64,000 nucleotides of DNA from Candidatus Latescibacterota bacterium (lineage in GTDB: Bacteria > Latescibacterota > UBA2968 > UBA8231), in assembly GCA_965215195.1 (NCBI GenBank), contig CBDCDC010000002.1:4177693-4241692 (forward strand), in the 5' to 3' direction. The translations under genes and the position numbers were made by a program. Below the pieces are notes generated by a model that saw only the letters and a program-made list of their open reading frames with translations, was not told the origin of the DNA and did not search any database. Each line of letters begins with the position of its first letter. The first letter of the stretch is position 1. Shown in pieces: positions 1-8,142 of the stretch.

Positions 1-1646
1 GCAACGTGGCGGTGGACCCAGTCCACAAGGGCCAAGATGGACGGCGGCGCAAGTACAATGCCGTCTATGTGTGCGCCAACGGCGAATACGCGGTGCGCGA
101 CGCCGTGCCCGCCGGGCTGCCCTGCGGCGTCCAGCCCAAGACCCTGCATCCCAACTACCGATTTTTTGACGACGACCGGCACTTCTTTTCGCTGCGCCAC
201 TTGGCCGAGGCCGAGGGCCGGCCGCTAAAGGACTGGCTGCATCCGTACCGGGTGCGGCGCAAGGATGGGCGGCCCTTTAGCTTTGGTGTGCAACTGTGCG
301 AGGACATGTGGTGCGAAGACTACTGCCACAGCGGCCAGCCCCTCGACACGCTCGCGCTATATAGCGGCCGCGGTGCCGCGGCCGTATTCAACCTCTCGGC
401 CTCGCCCTTTACTTGGCAAAAAAGCGACAAGCGCAACCGCGTGGTGCGCCAGATCCTAGCGCGCTCGCCCCTGCCGTTTTTCTACGTCAACCAAGTTGGG
501 GCGCAAAACAACGGCAAGAATATCATTGTGTTTGACGGCGACAGCACTGCGTACGCGGCCAGCGGGCACATTGCGTGCCGCGCTCATCCGTGGCGGGAAC
601 AGCTCGTGCTCGCGCACCGCGCCGAGATCGCGCCGCCCCAGAGCGAAGTCGAAGCCCAGTACGCGGGCATCCTCACCGGGCTGCGGCACCTCGACGACGT
701 GCGCGGCGCGGAGAGCAAGTTCCTCATTGCGACGAGCGGTGGCGTAGATTCCAGCGTGGTCTGCTGTCTGCTGGAGCGCACCTTTGGCCCGGAGCGCGTG
801 TTTGCGGTCAACATGCCGACGCGCTTCAATGCGGCCGTTACCCAAGACAATGCCCGCTCGCTGTGCGCCGCGCTGGGCGTCGACTACCTCTGCTGCCCGA
901 TCGAATCCCTATACGAGGCCGTAGCCGCCCTCGTGCAGGGCGCGGAATTTTCCGGGGGCCGGGGCGAGTACACTCGGTTGGTGGATGAGAACGTGCAGGC
1001 GCGCATTCGCTTTGCCGACGTGCTCTCCGGCTTAGCAGCCAAATACGGACTCGTGTTCACGGCCAACGGCAATAAGACCGAGGTTGCCTTGGGCTACGCC
1101 ACGCTCTACGGGGATGTCAGCGGCGCGGTGGCGCCGATTGCCGACCTGTACAAGGTGCAGGTTTTTGCGCTAGCCCGCTTTCTCAACGAGGTCGTCTATG
1201 GCCGCCCTGTGGTGCCGGAGAATCTGCTCGACGGATCAGTGGTGCCCAGTGCCGAGCTGTCTGCGGCTCAAGACGTGACGCAGGGCTTGGGCGACCCGAT
1301 CAAGTACGGATACCACGACGCCGTGCTGCGGCAGTTCATTGAATACCGGCGGCACAGCAGCGATTTGTTGCAGTGGTTTATAGAGGGTGTGCTGCTAGAG
1401 CGATTGGGGTGGGACGACGCGGTGCGCTTTCGCGCGTACTTCCCGGACGCGCGCAGTTGGATCGAAGATCTCGAATGGGTAGAGCGCCAAGTGCGGATCA
1501 ACTACTTCAAGCGGATTCAAGCGCCGCCAGTCATCGTCTTGAGCAAGCGCGCCTTTGGCTTTGATTTGCGCGAGACCCAACAGCCCGCATACGCGCCGCG
1601 CCGCTGCGAACAGCTAAAGGCCGAGGCCCTGAAGGTGCGGATTTGA
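1..1646 (+). CDS. nadE: Glutamine-dependent NAD+ synthase; 5' end lies outside the window
   Basis: Carbon-nitrogen hydrolase catalytic Cys context (GVQLCEDMWCED) is followed by the ATP-pyrophosphatase P-loop ATSGGVDSSV. The Cys sits only about 100 aa into the ORF, so the N-terminus is missing. Reading frame is open to the window edge. Confidence 0.85.
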   Translation, partial: NVAVDPVHKGQDGRRRKYNAVYVCANGEYAVRDAVPAGLPCGVQPKTLHPNYRFFDDDRHFFSLRHLAEAEGRPLKDWLHPYRVRRKDGRPFSFGVQLCEDMWCEDYCHSGQPLDTLALYSGRGAAAVFNLSASPFTWQKSDKRNRVVRQILARSPLPFFYVNQVGAQNNGKNIIVFDGDSTAYAASGHIACRAHPWREQLVLAHRAEIAPPQSEVEAQYAGILTGLRHLDDVRGAESKFLIATSGGVDSSVVCCLLERTFGPERVFAVNMPTRFNAAVTQDNARSLCAALGVDYLCCPIESLYEAVAALVQGAEFSGGRGEYTRLVDENVQARIRFADVLSGLAAKYGLVFTANGNKTEVALGYATLYGDVSGAVAPIADLYKVQVFALARFLNEVVYGRPVVPENLLDGSVVPSAELSAAQDVTQGLGDPIKYGYHDAVLRQFIEYRRHSSDLLQWFIEGVLLERLGWDDAVRFRAYFPDARSWIEDLEWVERQVRINYFKRIQAPPVIVLSKRAFGFDLRETQQPAYAPRRCEQLKAEALKVRI

Positions 1647-1655
1647 ATTAAGACA

Positions 1656-1673
1656 GTGATTAGTGGCCAGTTT
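1656..1673 (+). repeat. Stop-proximal heptad-like motif, copy 1 (GTGATTAGTGGCCAGTTT)
   Basis: Begins 9 nt after the nadE stop codon. Matches copies at 22692 and 44591 in 14-15 of 18 positions by hand alignment. Confidence 0.5.
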
Positions 1674-1726
1674 ATTACGCGACCGCCGCTTTTCCCCTAC
1701 CGCCCAATTCACCAAAGGAGATTATT

Positions 1727-3334
1727 ATGACCGACCCAATCCTGCTCACCGACGAGCAGATGCGCGAGTTTATCGTCAATGGCTATCTGGTTTTTGAGCC
1801 GACCGTGCCCGCAGGGACGCACGAAGCGTGCTATGAGCGGCTCAACCAGATCATCGACTCGGAGCCTAATCCGGGCAATAACATCCTGCCGCGCGTACCC
1901 GCCATGCGCCACGTGCTCAACTCGCCCGAGGTGCGCGGCGCACTCATCAGCGTCTTAGGCCCGAACTTTTTGGAGCATCCGCACCGCTACTGCCATCCCC
2001 TCAAGCCAGTGGAGGAACCCGTGCCCGCGGCCGAGGCCGAAGAGAGGCTGCGCCGCAACTGCCATCAGGACGGGTACACGCCCATGGGCCATCCGCGCCA
2101 GCACTATCTGCGCTATGCGCGAATCATGTACTATCCGCAGGATTCGCCGGTCGAGTTGGGGCCGACGCACGTGATCCCGGGCACCCAGTTCAATCGCGGA
2201 CTGACCGACGAGGATCGGGCGCGCGCCTTGCCATTGGCCGGCCGGGCCGGCACGGTGTCCCTGACGCACTTTGACGTGGGCCACGCGGCCGGCGTCAGCC
2301 TGCTACCGGTGCATCGGCACATGATCAAGTTCATCTACATGCGAGCCGCCGAGCCGACGGCCCCGACCTGGGACTGCAAAAGCATGCACTGGCAGAAGCC
2401 CCACTGGAGTGAGGTTCCCTACGATCTGGAACTGGCTTGGGCGCACACTTGGGACTGGCTATGCGGCAAGCGGGATCGCTACGATAGCTGCCCACAGGCC
2501 ACTGGAGATGTGGCGGCACTCATCGCCCAGCTCGATCTAGACGTGGATTTAGCGCAGCGGCTTGCGGCGGCACAGCGATTGGCCGGATTCGGCGTTGATG
2601 CGGCTGCAGCCGTGCCAGTGCTCGTGGAGTGCTTGGGCACCGATCACCAAGCCATGCGCACGGCAGCGACCTACGCGCTAGGCGCGATCGGCGAGCCCGC
2701 GGTCGCGTCGCTGGCCAAAGCCTTGCGCACCGCAGGTCGCGAGGCCGACCAACACGAGGCCCCGCCCGTTTGGAGCGAGGGAGCGACTAACATGGAGGAC
2801 GCGGCCCAAGCACTGGCGGCCGTTGGCGAGCCGGCGGTTGAAGCGCTCTGTGCGCTGTTGGACGACGAAAGCGAGTGGACTCAAGTCAACGCCGCCTTTG
2901 CCCTCGGCGAAATGGATTCGCACGCGGAGGCAGCAGTCCCGGCGCTGACGCGGACCCTTGAAGAGGGCTCGCATCGCTTGGTGCGCACGGCGCTCGTCGC
3001 GCTGGGCAATATCGCGCAAGGCGTACCAGTAGAAGCCTTGGGGCGCATGCTCTCGGCCGATCACCCAAATTGGCAGGAGGAAGCTGGCCGCCGCTGGGTG
3101 CCCCGCGACCAAGTGCGGACCAACGCCGCAATAGCCTGCGCCCAGCTCGGCCCGGCCGCCGCTCCGTTAGAAGCCCAGCTTTTCAGGGCACTCGACGACC
3201 CCTGCGGCCACGTAGGCGCATTCGCGCTCAGTGCCCTGCAGCAGATTGGCTCGCCCACAGCCACGCAGGCCGCGATGGATTATCTCTATTCGCAGCGCTG
3301 GGACGCCGCTATTGACGGCGAGCGGCAGTTTTGA
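1727..3334 (+). CDS. PhyH-family Fe(II)/2-oxoglutarate dioxygenase fused to C-terminal HEAT (PBS-lyase type) repeats
   Basis: N-terminus LLTDEQMREFIVNGYLVFEP and an HxD motif (NCHQDGY) are typical of phytanoyl-CoA dioxygenase-like proteins. The C-terminal half carries repeated AVPxLxxxLxxxxxxxRxxAxxALGxIG units. SD site AAAGGAG lies upstream of the ATG. Confidence 0.7.
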   Translation: MTDPILLTDEQMREFIVNGYLVFEPTVPAGTHEACYERLNQIIDSEPNPGNNILPRVPAMRHVLNSPEVRGALISVLGPNFLEHPHRYCHPLKPVEEPVPAAEAEERLRRNCHQDGYTPMGHPRQHYLRYARIMYYPQDSPVELGPTHVIPGTQFNRGLTDEDRARALPLAGRAGTVSLTHFDVGHAAGVSLLPVHRHMIKFIYMRAAEPTAPTWDCKSMHWQKPHWSEVPYDLELAWAHTWDWLCGKRDRYDSCPQATGDVAALIAQLDLDVDLAQRLAAAQRLAGFGVDAAAAVPVLVECLGTDHQAMRTAATYALGAIGEPAVASLAKALRTAGREADQHEAPPVWSEGATNMEDAAQALAAVGEPAVEALCALLDDESEWTQVNAAFALGEMDSHAEAAVPALTRTLEEGSHRLVRTALVALGNIAQGVPVEALGRMLSADHPNWQEEAGRRWVPRDQVRTNAAIACAQLGPAAAPLEAQLFRALDDPCGHVGAFALSALQQIGSPTATQAAMDYLYSQRWDAAIDGERQF

Positions 3335-3430
3335 GGGGATGAGTTTGAGTGCATCGGCAATGGTCTTCTTCCCTAGAGAACGGTCGATAAAGAAAACAAG
3401 TGGATCAGGCTGCTCGGGTGTATAACTCAC
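3335..3430 (-). pseudogene. Truncated PIN-like (DUF5615-type) toxin remnant downstream of the DUF433 gene
   Basis: From a GTG overlapping the DUF433 3' end, the frame reads ..PLVFFIDRSLGKKTIADALKLIP. This resembles the N-terminal strand-helix of DUF5615/Mut7-C-like PIN proteins that pair with DUF433. After about 30 codons the frame runs antisense into the PhyH gene, so only the N-terminus survives. Confidence 0.3.
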
Positions 3431-4163
3431 AGCGGATCGCTTCTTCGATATCGAGCGTCGGGCGATCATAGTCGTCCGCTAATGCACTGATTGCCTCCCC
3501 GGCCTTGTAGCGTTCGGCAATAATAGCCGTAGGAATCCCAGTGCCTGCGAGCACCGGGCGACCAAAAGATATGCGAGGATCAATGACAATTGCCTTGGGT
3601 TCTTCCATGAGTTGTTGGCTTGGGCGCTTGCGCGTGAAGGGGTATAGCCTCCGGGCATAACCAGCCGAATCCCTATCAATGCGCCGCAGATGCGCCTGCA
3701 ACAGGTTCCTAAGTACCAGTTGTCCAGCTTGAGAGACATTTATGAGTTGACCGTATTCTTCGACAAAGAGGTCCAAGCCGTCGGTTTCGATCTTGTGGTA
3801 TGCGAGAGGGTGATCGGACGTTAGTTCTTCTTTGATGAAATCGATAGCAATCCTAGCCTTGTGCAGCGATATGCAATGGTCGCGGCGAATGGCATCGAGC
3901 ATGTGGATTTCGACCAGATTGATAAAGGATAGAAGGTTCTGGCTATCGTCTGGTAGGTCGATCACAGGCTGGAAGAACTGGTCTCCTCCGCTAGTAGGAT
4001 ATTTGCGGCCTCGCACCCAAGAGCGAAGCGTAGTCACGGGAATGCGCAGGTAGTGGGCAGCCTCGGGAAAGCTGTAACAGGGCATTGCGCGTATGTCATC
4101 TGTTGCGATAGATCTCATGCCATAAGGTCCTTTAGCCGAGAGACGAATGCGCTGATAGACCAT
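3405..4163 (-). CDS. DUF433-domain protein with an N-terminal MerR-like HTH (antitoxin-like)
   Basis: C-terminus IDPRISFGRPVLAGTGIPTAIIAERYKAGEAISALADDYDRPTLDIEEAI matches the DUF433 signature. The N-terminus has the HTH-like YSFPEAAHYLRIPVTTLRSWVR. The start could instead be the internal MRSIATDD. Confidence 0.7.
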   Translation of the reverse strand: MVYQRIRLSAKGPYGMRSIATDDIRAMPCYSFPEAAHYLRIPVTTLRSWVRGRKYPTSGGDQFFQPVIDLPDDSQNLLSFINLVEIHMLDAIRRDHCISLHKARIAIDFIKEELTSDHPLAYHKIETDGLDLFVEEYGQLINVSQAGQLVLRNLLQAHLRRIDRDSAGYARRLYPFTRKRPSQQLMEEPKAIVIDPRISFGRPVLAGTGIPTAIIAERYKAGEAISALADDYDRPTLDIEEAIRCELYTRAA

Positions 4164-4172
4164 TAGTTTGCA

Positions 4173-5078
4173 CTAATGGTCTCTAGGCATTACGCCCTCT
4201 TTCATAGGTTTAAGTGTTCCATCACGCAAGTACATAGCGTATCTCTGGAATTGCCACTCTAGGGAGAAAATTTGTTCTGCCCAATCTCTCAGAGGCTGAC
4301 TGCACGCATTATTGCGAGCAAGAGCCTGTAGGGTTGGAATTTGTTCACCAATTTGTTCAGCTATTTCGTTATAAAAACTGCTTCTTGCTTGTTCTGGAAA
4401 GTGACTACGCTCACGAATACGAAACTGAACTGGATATTTTTGCTTGATTATATTGACCCAATACAGCAGTTTTCGGTTGTTTACGACGTATGGATCCACC
4501 CCTATGAAGCTAACATGTTGGGTTGACAACACACCGTTGGGCACTGTACAGCTAATCTCTGGATCTTGAGTCTTTGTCTTTTGTCTGCCAAATTCCTCAG
4601 CCAACTGATCTCGGAACTTGATATAAGTGCTTTTAGGAGTGCCAGAGTTGCTTGAATACTTGAAGAGACGATTAATATCTTCAAGTGTCTTGAGTGCTTC
4701 ACGTTCGCGGTTGAAGCCTTTCGCTCCTGCTGACCAGAGACATACTGCAACATCGGAGGCTTCCAATAGAGCCGAAGGACGTAGTTGAAATAGTATGGGC
4801 CCGTAGGGATTTGGAACACTTTTTGATCCCTTCGCAAAAGAGCTACCAAAGTCTGACAAGTTTACGAAAACTTTATCCCACATATTGTTTTCACGGTCAA
4901 TAGCGTCGGTCTGAAATGGCGTAAATTCTAATTGTCTACTTTCAAGCAAAGCACGTGAGGGAATTCCTCCAAGACTAATATACGACTCAAAGTCAATTAA
5001 TTGACAGGCATGATAGAGGAATACTTGACGCTCTTCAAATAAATCCACCAAATCTTGAATGTCGTTACCGGTTATCAT
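4173..5078 (-). CDS. Hypothetical protein (301 aa); N-terminal half possibly ADP-ribosyltransferase-like
   Basis: Long ORF in the AT-rich islet, 9 nt upstream of the DUF433 gene. Three segments resemble the H-Y-E ART layout: VFLYHACQ, NPYGPILFQL, and PEISCTV...HVSFIGVD. No family could be assigned by eye. Confidence 0.55.
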   Translation of the reverse strand: MITGNDIQDLVDLFEERQVFLYHACQLIDFESYISLGGIPSRALLESRQLEFTPFQTDAIDRENNMWDKVFVNLSDFGSSFAKGSKSVPNPYGPILFQLRPSALLEASDVAVCLWSAGAKGFNREREALKTLEDINRLFKYSSNSGTPKSTYIKFRDQLAEEFGRQKTKTQDPEISCTVPNGVLSTQHVSFIGVDPYVVNNRKLLYWVNIIKQKYPVQFRIRERSHFPEQARSSFYNEIAEQIGEQIPTLQALARNNACSQPLRDWAEQIFSLEWQFQRYAMYLRDGTLKPMKEGVMPRDH

Positions 5079-5098
5079 GAGATTAGCCTTTCCAACAG

Positions 5099-6037
5099 TT
5101 AAAACAGATTAAGTTGTTTGCTTTCAGGGCCTTTTGTGGGAACTTTATCGCCTATGTCCTGTTCAAGACGAGTTGCTTCCTCTTTTAGAAGCTCAACAAA
5201 TATAGGTTGCGCTTTTGCCCAAATTGCCTCGGCTTCGTCAAATGAAAGTCCTACTTTACCTAGTCTCCACTCTACCTCTTTATCCCACCATCGGGAGGGT
5301 TTGTGTTTTTTTGTGACATGACCGCTTTCACAATAGAAACTAATCCAATTCAGTTGCCTCCAAGAAAATCGAGTCTCCTTTGCAACTTTGTGAAGAGCGG
5401 CTTTTCCTTGAGGGGTGTGTTTATCTAATGCAACCCAAAACGGAAAATTCATTTCACTATTAGTATTAGGATCTGTGTACAGCTCGGGTAATCCATCCCT
5501 AATAGCTAAATATGCTGTTGCTTGTATAAAGGCCCTATCCCAAGGCCATCCGCCCTTTCGATAAACTTTTTCAGCCTGTTCGACGAGTCTAGTTTCAGTT
5601 TCGCGCGTATTTGAACATTGAGAAATTGCCCATTCCCAATATGTGTTAGCATCTGTAATCGCCTCACAAACCCGTTGAATGGTATCATCTTCTTCACAGC
5701 CTGTCAGTACTGACCTATCGCCTTCTGAAAGTGCATATGCCAGAGATCCGAGTCCAGCTGCGTCTTTGAACTTTACAGAGTTGGCAAGTTCGCTGAGAAT
5801 CTCTACCATTGCCACCTGTTCCTCGTGCTTCTTAGGTGGCCTCCATTTAACCATGAGAGGCCAGCATTCTTCAGCGATTATCACACCGATTCGTTGCCTG
5901 AGCCACCTGATGTCCCCTATTTCATAAAGGTGATTGACAACCTTAGTAACAAGGTCAGAGTTACCACGGCGCACTGCTTTTTGAAGTAGAGAACGACAAC
6001 GTTGATCCGTATTCGAATTAACCTTGCGCATGTACAT
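5099..6037 (-). CDS. Hypothetical helical protein (312 aa) with an MgsA/RarA C-terminal-lid-like segment
   Basis: Start chosen at MYMRKV, which has GAAGGA 7 nt upstream; the ORF could extend to 6229. SLLQKAVRRGNSDLVTKVV..WLRQRIGVIIAEECW parallels the RarA lid motif HKSxRGSDxDAALYW...RRLxxxAxEDIG. No AAA+ domain is present. Confidence 0.5.
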   Translation of the reverse strand: MYMRKVNSNTDQRCRSLLQKAVRRGNSDLVTKVVNHLYEIGDIRWLRQRIGVIIAEECWPLMVKWRPPKKHEEQVAMVEILSELANSVKFKDAAGLGSLAYALSEGDRSVLTGCEEDDTIQRVCEAITDANTYWEWAISQCSNTRETETRLVEQAEKVYRKGGWPWDRAFIQATAYLAIRDGLPELYTDPNTNSEMNFPFWVALDKHTPQGKAALHKVAKETRFSWRQLNWISFYCESGHVTKKHKPSRWWDKEVEWRLGKVGLSFDEAEAIWAKAQPIFVELLKEEATRLEQDIGDKVPTKGPESKQLNLF

Positions 6038-6236
6038 CAGTTGGTCCTTCAATTGAAGTTTGATTAAGCTTGACTCTCTGTTTTTCCCAACGTTGTGCGT
6101 CTGGTCGTGATCGGTAAACGGCCAAGGAGGTGTTCTGTGTACCAACGCGTCATTGAAGATAACAACGAAACCAGCCCCGTTACAATTTGTCGAACGCAAT
6201 CCATTCCATCCTCTCTGTGGACAAAACATGGGTAAT

Positions 6237-6288
6237 GCCCATTAGATAGCGCAAGCATCGCTCAGGGCGTCTTGCGTACGCCTTGGAG
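6237..6288. repeat. Direct repeat, copy A: duplicate of the TetR gene 3' end plus its downstream 24 nt
   Basis: Hand alignment to 7540-7590 gives 48 of 51 identical positions plus one 1-nt indel. The minus strand still reads LQGVRKTP-stop. Confidence 0.85.
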
Positions 6289-6321
6289 TATTGGGGGTTG
6301 CAAACCCGTCTAGCCCTACTC

Positions 6322-7425
6322 TTAACGATTGGGGACTAAGGGGCTGCCTTCGGCTTTCTTGCGCTCTATTTCCGCATGGGTTTTGTATAGCTGGAGGTAG
6401 CGGTGTGCAGTCGGCGGATGCGTACCTCTAAAGTTGTTTGACGCAACGGGATTGCGTTCCGCCATGCGTCGCCAGAAGTCGGCCGCCCCCTCGGTATCAA
6501 AGCCAGCCCGGGCCATCAGATAGAGTCCAACGTAGTCGGCTTCTTGCTCAAAGGCTTGGCTAAAGGCGATTGCACCAGCCTCCATTGTGCTTTGTGTGAT
6601 GGTGCCAAAGGTCGGTACGCCCGTTACCGCCCATTCAACAGCCGCTCCCATGATTCCGCCGAGTAGAGCATTCGTTTTCTTTTTATCGACATGTCCCTCG
6701 GTGCAGTGAGCCAACTCGTGGGCGATGACCAAGGCCAATTCACTATCTGTCGCAAAATCAAGCATTCCTGCTGTTAGGACAATATTTTCACCGTCTGTAT
6801 AGGCATTAACATCTTGTCCCTCCGAATGATATACCAAGTGAGAGCAAATCGGCTCCGCCTTTATAGGGATTTCGATAATCGTATCTTTGTTTGCTGCAAC
6901 CTTGCGCTGGACCGTAAAGATCGTCGGCTCCTCTGACGCATGACGTTTAAGCAGCTTGTGAAGATTGCTTTGGTACTCAAGGTCGTATTCGTTCCAGTGG
7001 GGCCATATTGTCTTAATCGGCTCTCCCCCGATCCTCGTAATCTGGTCTCCGGGCTGAAGACCAGACTGTGCGGCTGGGGAGCCGGCTACAAGTTCCACGA
7101 CTATCGGTTGCTCCCGCAACTTCTCTATGCCATAATAGCGCAACCTCAAGAGACGATCCCAAGGCTTCATTTTCTGCGTACTCGCCGAGTCTAAGTAGCT
7201 GAATCCGAATTGGAAGCGAGTCTTTTTGCCACATAGCGCGGCGTTGGCTCGCATGATAGACGGCGCAAGGCGCGCTATTCGCTCTTGCCGCTGCATGGAC
7301 AATCGGAAGATTCTTTCCAATTGATGGAGCATTTCCTCGGTGACTTCAGAAGAAGAAAGCTCAGGGATTTTGTACCTAGGAGCACATGAGCCAAGAATAA
7401 GAAGAATCACGAATAGGGTAGGCAT
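6322..7425 (-). CDS. M48-family zinc metallopeptidase with an internal PDZ domain; lipoprotein
   Basis: HExxH (IAHELAHCTEGH) and a downstream EQEADYVGLYLMARAGFD are typical of M48. The PDZ-like segment is VELVAGSPAAQSGLQPGDQITRIGGEPI. Start set at MPTLFVILLILGSC, which carries a lipobox. Confidence 0.8.
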   Translation of the reverse strand: MPTLFVILLILGSCAPRYKIPELSSSEVTEEMLHQLERIFRLSMQRQERIARLAPSIMRANAALCGKKTRFQFGFSYLDSASTQKMKPWDRLLRLRYYGIEKLREQPIVVELVAGSPAAQSGLQPGDQITRIGGEPIKTIWPHWNEYDLEYQSNLHKLLKRHASEEPTIFTVQRKVAANKDTIIEIPIKAEPICSHLVYHSEGQDVNAYTDGENIVLTAGMLDFATDSELALVIAHELAHCTEGHVDKKKTNALLGGIMGAAVEWAVTGVPTFGTITQSTMEAGAIAFSQAFEQEADYVGLYLMARAGFDTEGAADFWRRMAERNPVASNNFRGTHPPTAHRYLQLYKTHAEIERKKAEGSPLVPNR

Positions 7426-7539
7426 ATAGAGGCACCTTTCATCCTTCTTGGTTGTGCTGCAAGTCGAGTGGGAGGCTGGTCCTCTGCGCCGCCGTGAGCC
7501 AGCGCATTTTGAGCTGCAGCGCAGTTCAAGATAGTTTTG

Positions 7540-7590
7540 GCCCATAGATAGCGCAAGCGTCGCTCAGGGCGTCTTACGCACGCCTTGGAG
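7540..7590. repeat. Direct repeat, copy B: the authentic 3' end of the TetR gene plus downstream sequence
   Basis: Covers the last 8 codons and stop of the TetR CDS and 24 nt beyond. Pairs with 6237-6288. Confidence 0.85.
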
Positions 7591-8142
7591 GAAGATGCGC
7601 ATGATGGTATCGACCATGGCCTCTACGCTCAGGCCCTTTGCGTGGATCATCACCGAGCGCACCATGCCGCGGAGGATAGCAGCTTCGACCTGCGGGTGCT
7701 CAACCGAGAAGACGCCCTGTTCAATGCCATTTTGCAGGACCGTCTCGATCGCGGCGCGCTGGATGCGCCGTTCCTCGTGCCAGCGCCTGCGGTTTTCGCC
7801 CTTGCCGCTCCCGCTCTTGCCGTCCTCGTGCGACATCAAGCGGAAGAAGAAGCGGTTCTGGTTGAAGAAGGAGACAATGGCGTGGACCATCCGGCGGAGT
7901 TCCTCTTCCGGGTCCTGCTGGCGATTGGCCTTGCGCTGAAGCTGCTCGTTGAGCCGCCGGATGCCTTCAAAGACCACCGCAAAGTACAGCTCTTCTTTGT
8001 CGGCAAAGTACGTGTAGATCGTCCCCTTGCCGACGCCGGCTTGGTGGGCAATATCGTCCATGAGCACTTCGTCGAAGCGCTTGGCCGAAAAGAGGCGGGC
8101 CGCCTCTTCAAGGATGAGCTTTCTGCGGTTAGTTCTGGCCAT
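7564..8142 (-). CDS. TetR/AcrR-family transcriptional regulator
   Basis: N-terminal HTH ILEEAARLFSAKRFDEVLMDDIAHQAGVGKGTIYTYFADKEELY. Start set at MARTNRRK. Confidence 0.85.
   Translation of the reverse strand: MARTNRRKLILEEAARLFSAKRFDEVLMDDIAHQAGVGKGTIYTYFADKEELYFAVVFEGIRRLNEQLQRKANRQQDPEEELRRMVHAIVSFFNQNRFFFRLMSHEDGKSGSGKGENRRRWHEERRIQRAAIETVLQNGIEQGVFSVEHPQVEAAILRGMVRSVMIHAKGLSVEAMVDTIMRIFLQGVRKTP

Noticed and set aside
6038-6229. Upstream extensions of ORFs in the supplied track: 6038-6229, 7426-7545, 8143-8202, 12449-12508, 21974-22057, 22120-22218, 24898-24954, 44598-44672, 46907-46996.
   Set aside because: The internal starts have better support. They are followed by signal peptides or lipoboxes, preceded by SD sites, or avoid overlap with the upstream gene. 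The extension at 6038-6229 remains possible.
3335-7540. Searched the islet and the Fic region for integrase, transposase, inverted terminal repeats or a tRNA target.
   Set aside because: None was found. The regions are reported as compositional or structural islets, not as identifiable mobile elements.
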